Below, one piece after another: positions 9,793 to 18,878 of a stretch of 64,000 nt of DNA (positions within the stretch are counted from its first letter, which is position 1; every line of letters starts with the position of its first letter). A program made the position numbers and the translations under genes. The notes under the pieces were generated by a model. The model was not told the origin of the DNA and did no database searches. It saw only the letters and a program-made list of their open reading frames with translations. Origin of the DNA: Opitutaceae bacterium (GTDB lineage Bacteria; Verrucomicrobiota; Verrucomicrobiia; Opitutales; Coraliomargaritaceae); NCBI GenBank assembly GCA_051252375.1, contig JBPOFY010000001.1, forward strand, positions 128,001-192,000, in the 5' to 3' direction.

Positions 9793-10725
9793 TCAGAACA
9801 AATCCGCTTCATAAGCCGAAGGCGGACGTGCGACGCCTCTAAACTCAGTCACCGGTGCCGCCCTCGCTGAATACTCAATCGCATATGGACGTTTCACCTG
9901 AAGGTTTGATGCATCTACTCGATCAGTTACAATCTTTTCTACTGCAGTAGACTGCTTATAAACCAGCGGGACAGTCTCAGCCAATAAAGCTTCTTGAGAG
10001 ATGTCCATTGTAGTCAATTCCGCGGCTCGACTCGAGTAACCTTCAAAATATTCAGTCGCCACTGAAGTTATTTCAGCGACTTCCACTGAAGGAGTTCCAG
10101 CTGCGCCCGCGCCACTGATTCGCTGACCCGAACGAATCGTAAATATACGCCCAGTTAGATCGACCATCCGCACCACCCCGTCGACACATTGAACTTCAAA
10201 TCGATAGGTCCTTTTGCGCTCATCTTTTGTCAGCTCGATCATCCAAAGCGCATGCTTTTTAGCGGCGATCCGGCCGACAGGAGTTTCCACGGTCAGTTGA
10301 GATGCTTCACTTAATTTCCGCTGATCGACCAGTAGCCCGCCAGCTCGAAGGTTTAGAATCATTCGACTCTGAGCAGACTCCTCTTCGCTAGCCAACCAAT
10401 CGCCAGAAAAGTCTGCGTTTTGCTCAAATCGCTCAATAGATAAATATCCCCTGCCTCGATAATCCAATAAAACAGAATTCGATGCCTTTAATAGTAATCG
10501 CTCAGAATGGTCTGCGTCGACAGACCACAGGCCACCTACATAATGAGGTAAACTAGCCGCACTCACTGGCACCTTGGCTCCTCCAAGTTGCTCCAGTTCA
10601 AGTCCCTCGTCCCAATGTGTTACGGCAACCGCACCCCGAACCCATTCCTGCTCAGATCCACGTGCCTGCAGCACAAAAAGACTTAAGGCAGTAACAACAA
10701 ATGTGAATACGTTTGATGGCGTCAT
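9793..10725 (-). CDS. Exported FecR-like domain protein
   Basis: Signal peptide; LNLRAGGLLV..LTVETPVGRI..V.C.DG.V pattern typical of FecR domains. Confidence 0.65.
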   Translation of the reverse strand: MTPSNVFTFVVTALSLFVLQARGSEQEWVRGAVAVTHWDEGLELEQLGGAKVPVSAASLPHYVGGLWSVDADHSERLLLKASNSVLLDYRGRGYLSIERFEQNADFSGDWLASEEESAQSRMILNLRAGGLLVDQRKLSEASQLTVETPVGRIAAKKHALWMIELTKDERKRTYRFEVQCVDGVVRMVDLTGRIFTIRSGQRISGAGAAGTPSVEVAEITSVATEYFEGYSSRAAELTTMDISQEALLAETVPLVYKQSTAVEKIVTDRVDASNLQVKRPYAIEYSARAAPVTEFRGVARPPSAYEADLF

Positions 10726-12674
10726 AGGATCAAAAGTTTTTGTTGAAGGCGTCGAGCGGCGACATTGTTAGGATTTACCTCTAAAGCAGTTTCCACATAG
10801 CGCAAAGCATCGGCTCGACTCTCTGGGAAATGGCTCAAAAATGCTGCCCAGTAATACAAAGCCTGGCTATTATTCGGGGCCAATTCAAGGGCTCGGGTCA
10901 AAGACTCCCGCGCAAGATCAATCTCCCCACTGAACGAGTAGGCGGTTCCTAGCTGCGACCATGCTAATGCATATTCATTACCGAGCTCCGTTGCCCGCTT
11001 TCCCGCGGCCACAGCAGCAGCGCCTATTTCTGCGAAATCTGCTGGAGCTTGATAAAAACGCTGGCAGTGCGCCGCGCTTAATCCAATCCACGCGTCCACA
11101 TTATCCGGATCCAAAAATACAGCATCCTCATACTTCAGAATAACATTCTTTAGAAGCTGAGTATTCCCAGATATGTGCACCCGTTGTTCAATTAAGTGCT
11201 CCATACGTTGCCTCGTTTGCAATTCTAGCGCTTGCGATTCCAACATAGGTGCTGCGTGCGCATATAGAACAAAAGCAAAAACAAAGGCACTCAAGGCATA
11301 CAGTAGTCGCGCACCCCCAGAACTACTTATTTTCATAAGGCGATTCATACTCGTCTTCACTAGAATAGCCAAAAAGAGCACGCCATACAGCAATAGACTC
11401 GGCACATAAAACACGAAACTAAAGAACGCGCACAACGCAAAAGCCATCAGTCCGGACAGACCGACTGTAAGGAAAAACTTCTCCGGCGGCATAATATTCC
11501 CTTTGCGATTTTTTAGTCTCAATCGCGCAGGAGTGGCTCTCCATCGTTTAACACTGGTCCGAAAAACCCAAAAGACCGGCACGCTCAACAACACGAAACC
11601 AACTATTCCATACTCAGTGAGCAGTAATAAATAATCATTATGCGGCGTCTGCGCGAAGGCCTCGAAAGTGATATCAGGGTGTTGCTCAAATGCCGTAGAA
11701 AACGCTCCGCCACCAACACCCAAGATCGGTGATTCCTGAATCAACTGACTCGCTCCGTTCCAAAGGACTAAACGCACGGCATCACCATCGGACGAAATCG
11801 CCTTCACGTAGCTTTTTTGAAACTTCGGATGTATAAAAGTAAGTAAAACTACCGAACACAGTAAAAGCACCGCCGCTATAACAGGTAAGATTACGCGCGG
11901 CTTCCACTTCTGAAAACATAGATAGGGTATCACTATGATGATCGGAACCATCACAAACAGTGGCCAATACAATTGCGTCATCACAAGTGCGATAAGAAAC
12001 ATCAAGGCCACATAGAGGCACATCAATCGCAGAATGCCCGGCAATCTTGGAACCGCCCCACCTATCAAGAAAACCGGCAATAATACCAATAGAAGGACCG
12101 CAAAAGAATTAGGATCCGCAAAGCAGCCCGTCGCTTGCCCTAGGAAATCGCCACTCAAACTAATGGAGTGATTCGCCAGCGAATCCGCTATTTTATCGGG
12201 ATTTTGAAAGAACTGAAAAAAGCCTATAAGCAGACCGTAGGCAGCAGGAATCAACGCAACCACAACCAAAGCCCACAAATGCGCACGAGTCCGCACGTTA
12301 TTTACAAGCACCCAGAAGAAAATAAAAGCTTCGAGACCATATACTAGCTCCATTCGCCCCAACCATGGCGTTGGACTCAACCAATTCACATTGATGACCG
12401 CCAAAGCAATAAATGGCGCAAAGAAAAAGGGGACATGGCTCAGTCGCTTTTGTGCTTCACCATCAACGGCCAACCAAATGCCATGCAAACTAAGCAGTAA
12501 TGCAAATAATGGCAGTAAAACCAAATGTGTATCGGCTCGCACCCCACCTAGGGAAACTGTAAACAAGGCAATGATACCCCCGAGGCAGAAAGTAACCAAC
12601 CAATCAAAAAAATTCCCCCAACTGAGGTGACCAAAGTAAGCGATGTTACCAGACTTATCAACGAGAGTAGGCAT
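10722..12674 (-). CDS. O-antigen ligase (Wzy_C)-family membrane protein with C-terminal TPRs
   Basis: About 12 hydrophobic segments; F.DPNSFA, R..LW, PILGVGGGAF, HNDYL..L.EYG motifs; TPR repeats (ALELAPNN, ALEVNPNN). Confidence 0.88.
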   Translation of the reverse strand: MPTLVDKSGNIAYFGHLSWGNFFDWLVTFCLGGIIALFTVSLGGVRADTHLVLLPLFALLLSLHGIWLAVDGEAQKRLSHVPFFFAPFIALAVINVNWLSPTPWLGRMELVYGLEAFIFFWVLVNNVRTRAHLWALVVVALIPAAYGLLIGFFQFFQNPDKIADSLANHSISLSGDFLGQATGCFADPNSFAVLLLVLLPVFLIGGAVPRLPGILRLMCLYVALMFLIALVMTQLYWPLFVMVPIIIVIPYLCFQKWKPRVILPVIAAVLLLCSVVLLTFIHPKFQKSYVKAISSDGDAVRLVLWNGASQLIQESPILGVGGGAFSTAFEQHPDITFEAFAQTPHNDYLLLLTEYGIVGFVLLSVPVFWVFRTSVKRWRATPARLRLKNRKGNIMPPEKFFLTVGLSGLMAFALCAFFSFVFYVPSLLLYGVLFLAILVKTSMNRLMKISSSGGARLLYALSAFVFAFVLYAHAAPMLESQALELQTRQRMEHLIEQRVHISGNTQLLKNVILKYEDAVFLDPDNVDAWIGLSAAHCQRFYQAPADFAEIGAAAVAAGKRATELGNEYALAWSQLGTAYSFSGEIDLARESLTRALELAPNNSQALYYWAAFLSHFPESRADALRYVETALEVNPNNVAARRLQQKLLIL

Positions 12675-12853
12675 ATACTAAGTAAACAGAGAGAAAAGGG
12701 GAGATTTTAGGCAATACAACGATGTGCCTGATTTAAACAAGAAATATCAGCCAGCACACCCGAAACAGTACACAAAAGGGAACCGAGACCCACCACCTGT
12801 TGACTTGAGTCTGTAGGCAATACTGTGTTCCATATCCACAAACTCTCCTCAAA

Positions 12854-13552
12854 ATGAAAAAAATCGTTCTCATCTCCGGCTTTCTAATCCTAATGACCGC
12901 ATTAGGATTACGGGCATATTTTGCTTTTGTCCCACCCCCTGAATCTACGCTTGAGCGCCAGTTGGCTGAAATCGTACCCGATAAACTCGATAACTGGGAA
13001 ATTAAGGACATGGATATGGCCGAATCACCCGAAATGAGTGCCCGGATTACCGACTTTCTTGATTTCGACGACGCACTGTTCCGCATATATCAAAAAGATG
13101 ACATCTTCGTCGGGCTCTACATTGCTTACTGGAGCCCAGGCAAGACATCCTACCGCTGGGCCGGATCACACACTCCAGACACATGCTGGGTGCAAAACGG
13201 ATGGACCCGCACTGATCGCGAATACAGCATTCCCTTCGAGTCCAACGCGACTCCTTTTGAACCGGCAGAGTACGGCGTCTTCGAAAAAAGCGGTAATTCC
13301 CAAAAAGTGTATTTCTGGCACCTCGTAGGCGGCAGCGCCTTCAGTTACAAGCAACAAGGCGGACACAACATATTTGCTTCCTTGATCGATATCAAGGACC
13401 ACGGGCTCAACCTGCGCCAGGAACAATTCTTCATTCGCCTGTCGAGCAACAAAAGCATCGAAGAATTAAAGCAAATCCAAGGCGTTCAGCAGATATTAGA
13501 CAGTCTTGCTGAAATCGGACTAGCAGCCGACACAGAACCCACTTCGAACTAA
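12854..13552 (+). CDS. Exosortase-associated EpsI-family protein
   Basis: N-terminal membrane anchor; YIAYW.PG, HTPDTCW..NGW, YFWH, FIRLSS motifs. Confidence 0.8.
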   Translation: MKKIVLISGFLILMTALGLRAYFAFVPPPESTLERQLAEIVPDKLDNWEIKDMDMAESPEMSARITDFLDFDDALFRIYQKDDIFVGLYIAYWSPGKTSYRWAGSHTPDTCWVQNGWTRTDREYSIPFESNATPFEPAEYGVFEKSGNSQKVYFWHLVGGSAFSYKQQGGHNIFASLIDIKDHGLNLRQEQFFIRLSSNKSIEELKQIQGVQQILDSLAEIGLAADTEPTSN

Positions 13553-13633
13553 ACCGAGGAAGATCGAGTCAAATTTCCATTCCGCGCATTTTGCGGTGTA
13601 TTCTTTCACCGCCACAGTTCATACAAAGCATCC

Positions 13634-14641
13634 ATGGAGCCAATCCCTAGCATACGCGTCGAGAATCTTACCCGTCAATACGGGGCGATCACCGCGATCC
13701 AAAATATCAATTTCACGGTCAACCCCGGAGAAGTCGTCGGATTTCTGGGCCCAAACGGAGCGGGAAAGAGCACAACCATGCGGATCCTTTCAGGCATCAT
13801 GTCTGCAACCTCCGGCTCAGCATGGGTCAGCGGCATCTGCGTCGCCCAAAATCCGCACGAAGTGAAGCGGAAGATCGGCTACATGCCGGAAAACAATCCC
13901 CTCCCCGACGATATGCGTGTGGTTGAATACCTTCGTTTCCGCGCACGCCTAAAAGAAGTCCCCGGCAGCAAACTCCGTGAAAGCGTGCAAGAAGTCATGG
14001 AAATTTGCGATTTGGCACGCACCGCTCGGCGTAAAATCATCGGCACGCTCTCTAAAGGCTTCCGCCAACGTGTGGGTATTGCGGATGCACTACTCGGCAA
14101 TCCTGAAGTAATCATCATGGACGAGCCTACCATCGGACTAGACCCACATCAAATTCAAGGCATCCGGACACTAATCGATAACCTACGCGGCAAGCTCACC
14201 GTCGTCCTCTCCAGCCACATTTTGCCCGAAATCGAACGATCTTGCGATCGGGTCATCATCATCAACCGCGGCCGAGTCGTCGCCAGCGGCACGAGCGAAA
14301 GTTTACGAGAAGAGTTTCTCCCCGGCAACCGTTTCGACGTCGAAATCGAAGGTAGTGAGCCAGACCTCTTGATTGCTCTAAAAGAGCACGGCATCACCTC
14401 CGAGATCATTCAGCGGCAAGAACTCGGCGATAATACTCACCGCCTTTCACTTCGCACAGAAGGTGACGAAACGAAAAATCTCGGCGCGCAATTAATTGCC
14501 GCGCTTAGCCAATCACCCAAATTTAAACTACACAGCCTCGCACCCCGCGTGCCGAACCTTGAGGAAATTTTCCTCGCAGCGACTAAGCGCTCTTGGGAAG
14601 AAACCATCGAAAATAAACCCAAAGCCGCCGCCAAAGCATAG
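13634..14641 (+). CDS. ABC transporter ATP-binding protein (GldA-like)
   Basis: GPNGAGKSTT, LSKGFRQRVG, IMDEPTIGLDP, SSHIL. Confidence 0.93.
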   Translation: MEPIPSIRVENLTRQYGAITAIQNINFTVNPGEVVGFLGPNGAGKSTTMRILSGIMSATSGSAWVSGICVAQNPHEVKRKIGYMPENNPLPDDMRVVEYLRFRARLKEVPGSKLRESVQEVMEICDLARTARRKIIGTLSKGFRQRVGIADALLGNPEVIIMDEPTIGLDPHQIQGIRTLIDNLRGKLTVVLSSHILPEIERSCDRVIIINRGRVVASGTSESLREEFLPGNRFDVEIEGSEPDLLIALKEHGITSEIIQRQELGDNTHRLSLRTEGDETKNLGAQLIAALSQSPKFKLHSLAPRVPNLEEIFLAATKRSWEETIENKPKAAAKA

Positions 14642-14664
14642 ACAAGTATTTCCGCGACCACACA

Positions 14665-15429
14665 ATGAGACATTACTTCATACTGCTAAAGCACGAGCTA
14701 CGGATGCTGTTAATCAGCCCACCGACCTATATTGCTTCAGTCCTATTCCTTTGCCTCATGGGCTTTCTCTACTGGGCAATTCTTCGGGGCATGGTCAATG
14801 CTCCGGCAGACATGTTGCCTTCAGTCCAGTTCTTCAGTGTCTTCTGGATTCCCGTCTTTTTCGTCGTGCCCCTATTGACGATGCGTAGCATCGCTGGAGA
14901 GCGAAGTATTGGCACATTGGATACACTGATGACCACCCCCACCTCTCGCGTTGCGGTAGTGCTCAGTAAATTTTCCGGCGCCTATATCTTTTACATGCTT
15001 CTTTGGTTCGCGACGCTCGGCTTTCCCTTGATCGCAAATAAGTTATACCCGCAAGCCTCCGAGGGCGGCGCCATACTCGACATGGCCTCACTCACTGGCG
15101 GCTACCTGTTTCTCGCCACCAGTGGCCTGCTCTTCATCGCGATTGGCATTTTCGCCAGTAGCATCACCCGCAGTCAACTAGTCGCAGGCATGCTCTCTTT
15201 CACCACACTCTTTGTGGTCATCGTCGGCGGTCAGCAATTGGGTAATATCGCAGAAAACAGCGTCGACCTCGTTGTTTGGTTAGACGCCACCGTCAACTAC
15301 CTACAGATCTTCCAACACCTCGATGATTTCTCCAGAGGCATCATCGATACGCGCCCCTTCTTTTATTATACAAGCACCGCAGTTCTACTGCTCGGCCTGT
15401 CCACACTTGTCATCGAAGCAAAAGCCTAA
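14665..15429 (+). CDS. ABC-2 permease (GldF-like)
   Basis: About 6 TMs; PLLTMRSIAGE..GTLDTL.T.P..VVLSKF; GIFASS.TRSQ; RGIIDTR. Confidence 0.88.
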   Translation: MRHYFILLKHELRMLLISPPTYIASVLFLCLMGFLYWAILRGMVNAPADMLPSVQFFSVFWIPVFFVVPLLTMRSIAGERSIGTLDTLMTTPTSRVAVVLSKFSGAYIFYMLLWFATLGFPLIANKLYPQASEGGAILDMASLTGGYLFLATSGLLFIAIGIFASSITRSQLVAGMLSFTTLFVVIVGGQQLGNIAENSVDLVVWLDATVNYLQIFQHLDDFSRGIIDTRPFFYYTSTAVLLLGLSTLVIEAKA

Positions 15430-16910
15430 TGCAACGCAGTCGCTTTAACGAATTTAGAATCGCTCGACGTTTCCGTGTTTTTAACCGATCCGCGCAGATA
15501 CTGCTCGGTCTCAGCTTAATTATCGCGCTCAACTTCCTAGCAGCAAAATATTTTGGACGTATCGATTTAACAGAATCCGGCACTTACACTCTGGCTCCGG
15601 AATCTAAGGCCTACATACGAGAATTGGATGAACCGATTGATATCATCGTCACGATCCCCAATGATCCCGAGGTTCCCGAGCTTGTCCAAATACACCAACA
15701 CCTCCGCAAGCTGTTTCGCGAATACGAGGCCGCCGGCATGCGTGACGGACAGTCGTATGTGAACATCGAGTTCGTCGACATTTACCGCCAACGTAAGCGC
15801 GCACAAGAGCTCGCAAATGCCTACAAATTAACCGAGGAAAACATCATCCTCGTCGCGATGGGCGAGCGCACTCGTAAAGTGCGACAAGCCGAACTCTTCG
15901 AAGTCGAAGGCGAACAGATACGTGGCTTCCGAGGTGAAAAGGCAATCACATCCGCCGTCATTGATGTTGCCTCAAAGAAGGCAGACAAAATCTACTTTCT
16001 TGTCGGACATGGTGAAATGCGCCTCGACGATGTGGATGCGCTTCGTGGCCTATCGCAATTGGAAAACTTTTTGCGTGAGCGCAACTACTCCCTCGCCACA
16101 CTCGACCTTGCAGTCGACCCCGATGTCCCGGCAGACGCCGACCTCATAGTCGTGCCCTCCCCGCAAGCCAGTCTGCTACCTGAAGAAGTCGAGAAGCTCC
16201 GCCGCTACATGAGCGACCGCAATGGTCGCATGGTCGTCTTGATCGACCCGGGTCGCCGCCATGGTATGGATGAACTTTTCTATGACTGGGGCGTGCTCGC
16301 CGACGACTACTCCGTGATCGATGATGGACCAGACTACCGCGCACAAGGAGGCGACTTGATCATTCGTCGCTTTGCGGAGCACCCCATTACCAACTTACTC
16401 GTCGAATACCAAATCACCGCACTCTTTGGCATGCCGCGCCCCGTTCGCACAGACCCCGCGTCTCTCAACGATGAGCGCCTCAAAGTAGAGCAGATCGTTG
16501 GCACCTCTGAACTGAGCTGGGGCGAGCGCGACTACCGAACCCAAAATGTGATGCAATTCGATCCAGCGCGCGACCTCAAAGGCCCAATCAGTATCGCAAC
16601 GGTTTCCACTCGCAGTGCTGGCTCCGAGTTAGGAATCAACATTCCCGGCGGGCGCTTTGTCGTCTTCGGGAATTCCGACTTCATCACTAACAACCGACTG
16701 CGTGCATTCGGCAATCGCACGCTCTTTTTTAATTCCATTAATTGGGCACTCTCTAGAAATAGCTTGCTCAACATTGCCACGCGCCCACTCGAAAGCTATC
16801 AAATCGTAATGAGCCAACAAGACCTCAAACGTATGCTGCTTTACTTTGCACTCATGCCTGCAGGCACTGCCCTGCTCGGGCTATTCGTATTCCTCCTTCG
16901 CCGCCGATAA
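15429..16910 (+). CDS. GldG-family ABC auxiliary component
   Basis: RIDLT....YTL...S; IYFLVGHGE; LIDPG; RFVVFGNSDF..N..LF.NSINW; C-terminal TM followed by RRR. Confidence 0.88.
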   Translation: MQRSRFNEFRIARRFRVFNRSAQILLGLSLIIALNFLAAKYFGRIDLTESGTYTLAPESKAYIRELDEPIDIIVTIPNDPEVPELVQIHQHLRKLFREYEAAGMRDGQSYVNIEFVDIYRQRKRAQELANAYKLTEENIILVAMGERTRKVRQAELFEVEGEQIRGFRGEKAITSAVIDVASKKADKIYFLVGHGEMRLDDVDALRGLSQLENFLRERNYSLATLDLAVDPDVPADADLIVVPSPQASLLPEEVEKLRRYMSDRNGRMVVLIDPGRRHGMDELFYDWGVLADDYSVIDDGPDYRAQGGDLIIRRFAEHPITNLLVEYQITALFGMPRPVRTDPASLNDERLKVEQIVGTSELSWGERDYRTQNVMQFDPARDLKGPISIATVSTRSAGSELGINIPGGRFVVFGNSDFITNNRLRAFGNRTLFFNSINWALSRNSLLNIATRPLESYQIVMSQQDLKRMLLYFALMPAGTALLGLFVFLLRRR

Positions 16911-16916
16911 ATCCTG

Positions 16917-18878
16917 ATGCGTCTAAAATTCACAGTCTTTCTTCTCGCCCTAAATATCATCGCATTCGGGCTCATAGCTTTCCTCGGAAAACGAGCAGAA
17001 CGCACCGACCAAACAATGGGAGGTCTCTCTGGTCAAATCGGTCGTGAAGTGATCGAAGCAGATCGTATCGAATTGCGCGGCAAAAAATTGGACGCACCAC
17101 TCGTGATCGTTCGCAACGGTTCCGCATGGAGCATCAGTGAGCCCATGCAATGGTCCGCTAATTATTTCGCAGTCAACCGAATCTTGAATCAGCTTCAATT
17201 CCTTGAAGAGGAAGCCTCATTCTCCGTCGAAGAAATTGAAAAGACCGGAAAGTCCCTCGCCGACTATGGCCTAGATGATCCTTTATTTGAACTGATGATC
17301 GCGGATGGCGAAGACACGATCACGCTCAGCATGGGCACATTGACGGAGATCGGGAATAACATCTACATACTTGGACCCAATCGTGAGGACATTTTTGTCG
17401 TCAGCCGCGAAGTCGTTGGCGGTCTACTAATTGACCTAGCTGATCTGCGAACACGCGAGATTTTCGATATCCCGGTTTTCGAAGTGGAGGCACTCAACCT
17501 TCAAATCAAATCACCTGCTTCCGCCAGTAATGGAGATCTAAAAGTTCGCCTAGCACGCACCAACACTGGGTGGAACTTTGAAGCGCCCCTCAATGCAGAG
17601 GCCAACCCTGAACTGGTTTCCAACACCATCAATACGCTCACAGCAGCCAAGGTCGTCGAATTCAAAGAACTGGGAAACAATGATCCCATCATACAAGGGC
17701 TGGAAAACCCACTCATGCGCGTGACGATTCAAGGCAATAAACGCCGACAAACATTACTCCTAGGAAACCTCGACCCTGACTCACCAAAAGGATCAGCCTA
17801 CTTTGCAAAGCTCGACGACAACCCCACCGTCTTCACCGTCGACTCAAAACCTTTCGATGAATTGCGCGAAGCTCAAGAGGCACTCCGTGAGCGCAACTTC
17901 ATGGTCTTCAAGAAAGAAGACCTGACCTCCATAAACATTGCTGAAAATGGCCGCCAAATACGTCTCCAAAAAATCGAAACCGGCAAATGGCAAGTAATTG
18001 AAAGCAGTGCCGGCAACGACATCCAACCACGTCGTGCCGACCCCGTGATCATGCAAAAACTCATTTCTAATCTCCACGAGATGAGGGCTAGTGGCTTTGC
18101 AATTGATGCCCCAAATGCTGCCGACCTCGAACGCTTGGGCTTCAATCAACCTCGAAGAAATATCACCCTTTCTACCGGGGAAGGCACCGATCAAGCCCTA
18201 CTTCTCGCCCACCCTGAAGTAGAGAATGAAAAATTATACGCACGAAACAACCGCGCCGAATACATCTACGAGGTAGATCGTCGCGCCACATTAAACATGC
18301 TACCACTCAATGCATTACACTATCGCAATCGCAACTTAGACACATTGCCCGAAGCAGCCGTCATCACATCGATTAGCCTCGAAGACCTTCAAGACGGCAC
18401 GCAAATCTTTAAGAACAGTTTGGGCGATGAAACCGCACTATGGAACAATGCGCTCGCAGATCTTACCGAAAAAGAAAGAACTAACATTCTCTTAATTCTA
18501 GAATCGATCCGACAGTTTAATGTAAAATCGTATTTGAAAGACGAATACACGGATGACTCTTATCAGGTCGACAGCGAAACCAAGATCCCTTGGCAGTATC
18601 AAGTCACCGCGACAATCTCACTGCCCGGAGGCGAAACACAACGCACAGATATACGGACTTATCAATTTACTAAGCGACTATCTGGCACAGTTCAAATTGG
18701 TGGCTCCAAGTTGCACAATAGCATTTTCGAAGTCCCGCAATCGCTACTCGACGCGCTGTATGAGCTAACTGATACCATGCAAGTGCCGCCCGAGATAACT
18801 GGAGACGACGTCAAAACTCCTGCCCAAATCAAACCAGTCGAAGAGCCACACCCAACCGCTCAACCCGCAGACGAGTGA
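16917..18878 (+). CDS. DUF4340-like periplasmic protein
   Basis: N-terminal anchor; repeated W....P...A...V..L, YGL..P and LR.R motifs; position after GldG is typical. Confidence 0.75.
   Translation: MRLKFTVFLLALNIIAFGLIAFLGKRAERTDQTMGGLSGQIGREVIEADRIELRGKKLDAPLVIVRNGSAWSISEPMQWSANYFAVNRILNQLQFLEEEASFSVEEIEKTGKSLADYGLDDPLFELMIADGEDTITLSMGTLTEIGNNIYILGPNREDIFVVSREVVGGLLIDLADLRTREIFDIPVFEVEALNLQIKSPASASNGDLKVRLARTNTGWNFEAPLNAEANPELVSNTINTLTAAKVVEFKELGNNDPIIQGLENPLMRVTIQGNKRRQTLLLGNLDPDSPKGSAYFAKLDDNPTVFTVDSKPFDELREAQEALRERNFMVFKKEDLTSINIAENGRQIRLQKIETGKWQVIESSAGNDIQPRRADPVIMQKLISNLHEMRASGFAIDAPNAADLERLGFNQPRRNITLSTGEGTDQALLLAHPEVENEKLYARNNRAEYIYEVDRRATLNMLPLNALHYRNRNLDTLPEAAVITSISLEDLQDGTQIFKNSLGDETALWNNALADLTEKERTNILLILESIRQFNVKSYLKDEYTDDSYQVDSETKIPWQYQVTATISLPGGETQRTDIRTYQFTKRLSGTVQIGGSKLHNSIFEVPQSLLDALYELTDTMQVPPEITGDDVKTPAQIKPVEEPHPTAQPADE

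Noticed and set aside
13634..16910. Gliding motility call from Gld-like genes
   Set aside because: No GldJ/K/L/M/N or Spr-like genes in the window; GldAFG-like ABC systems occur in non-gliding bacteria.
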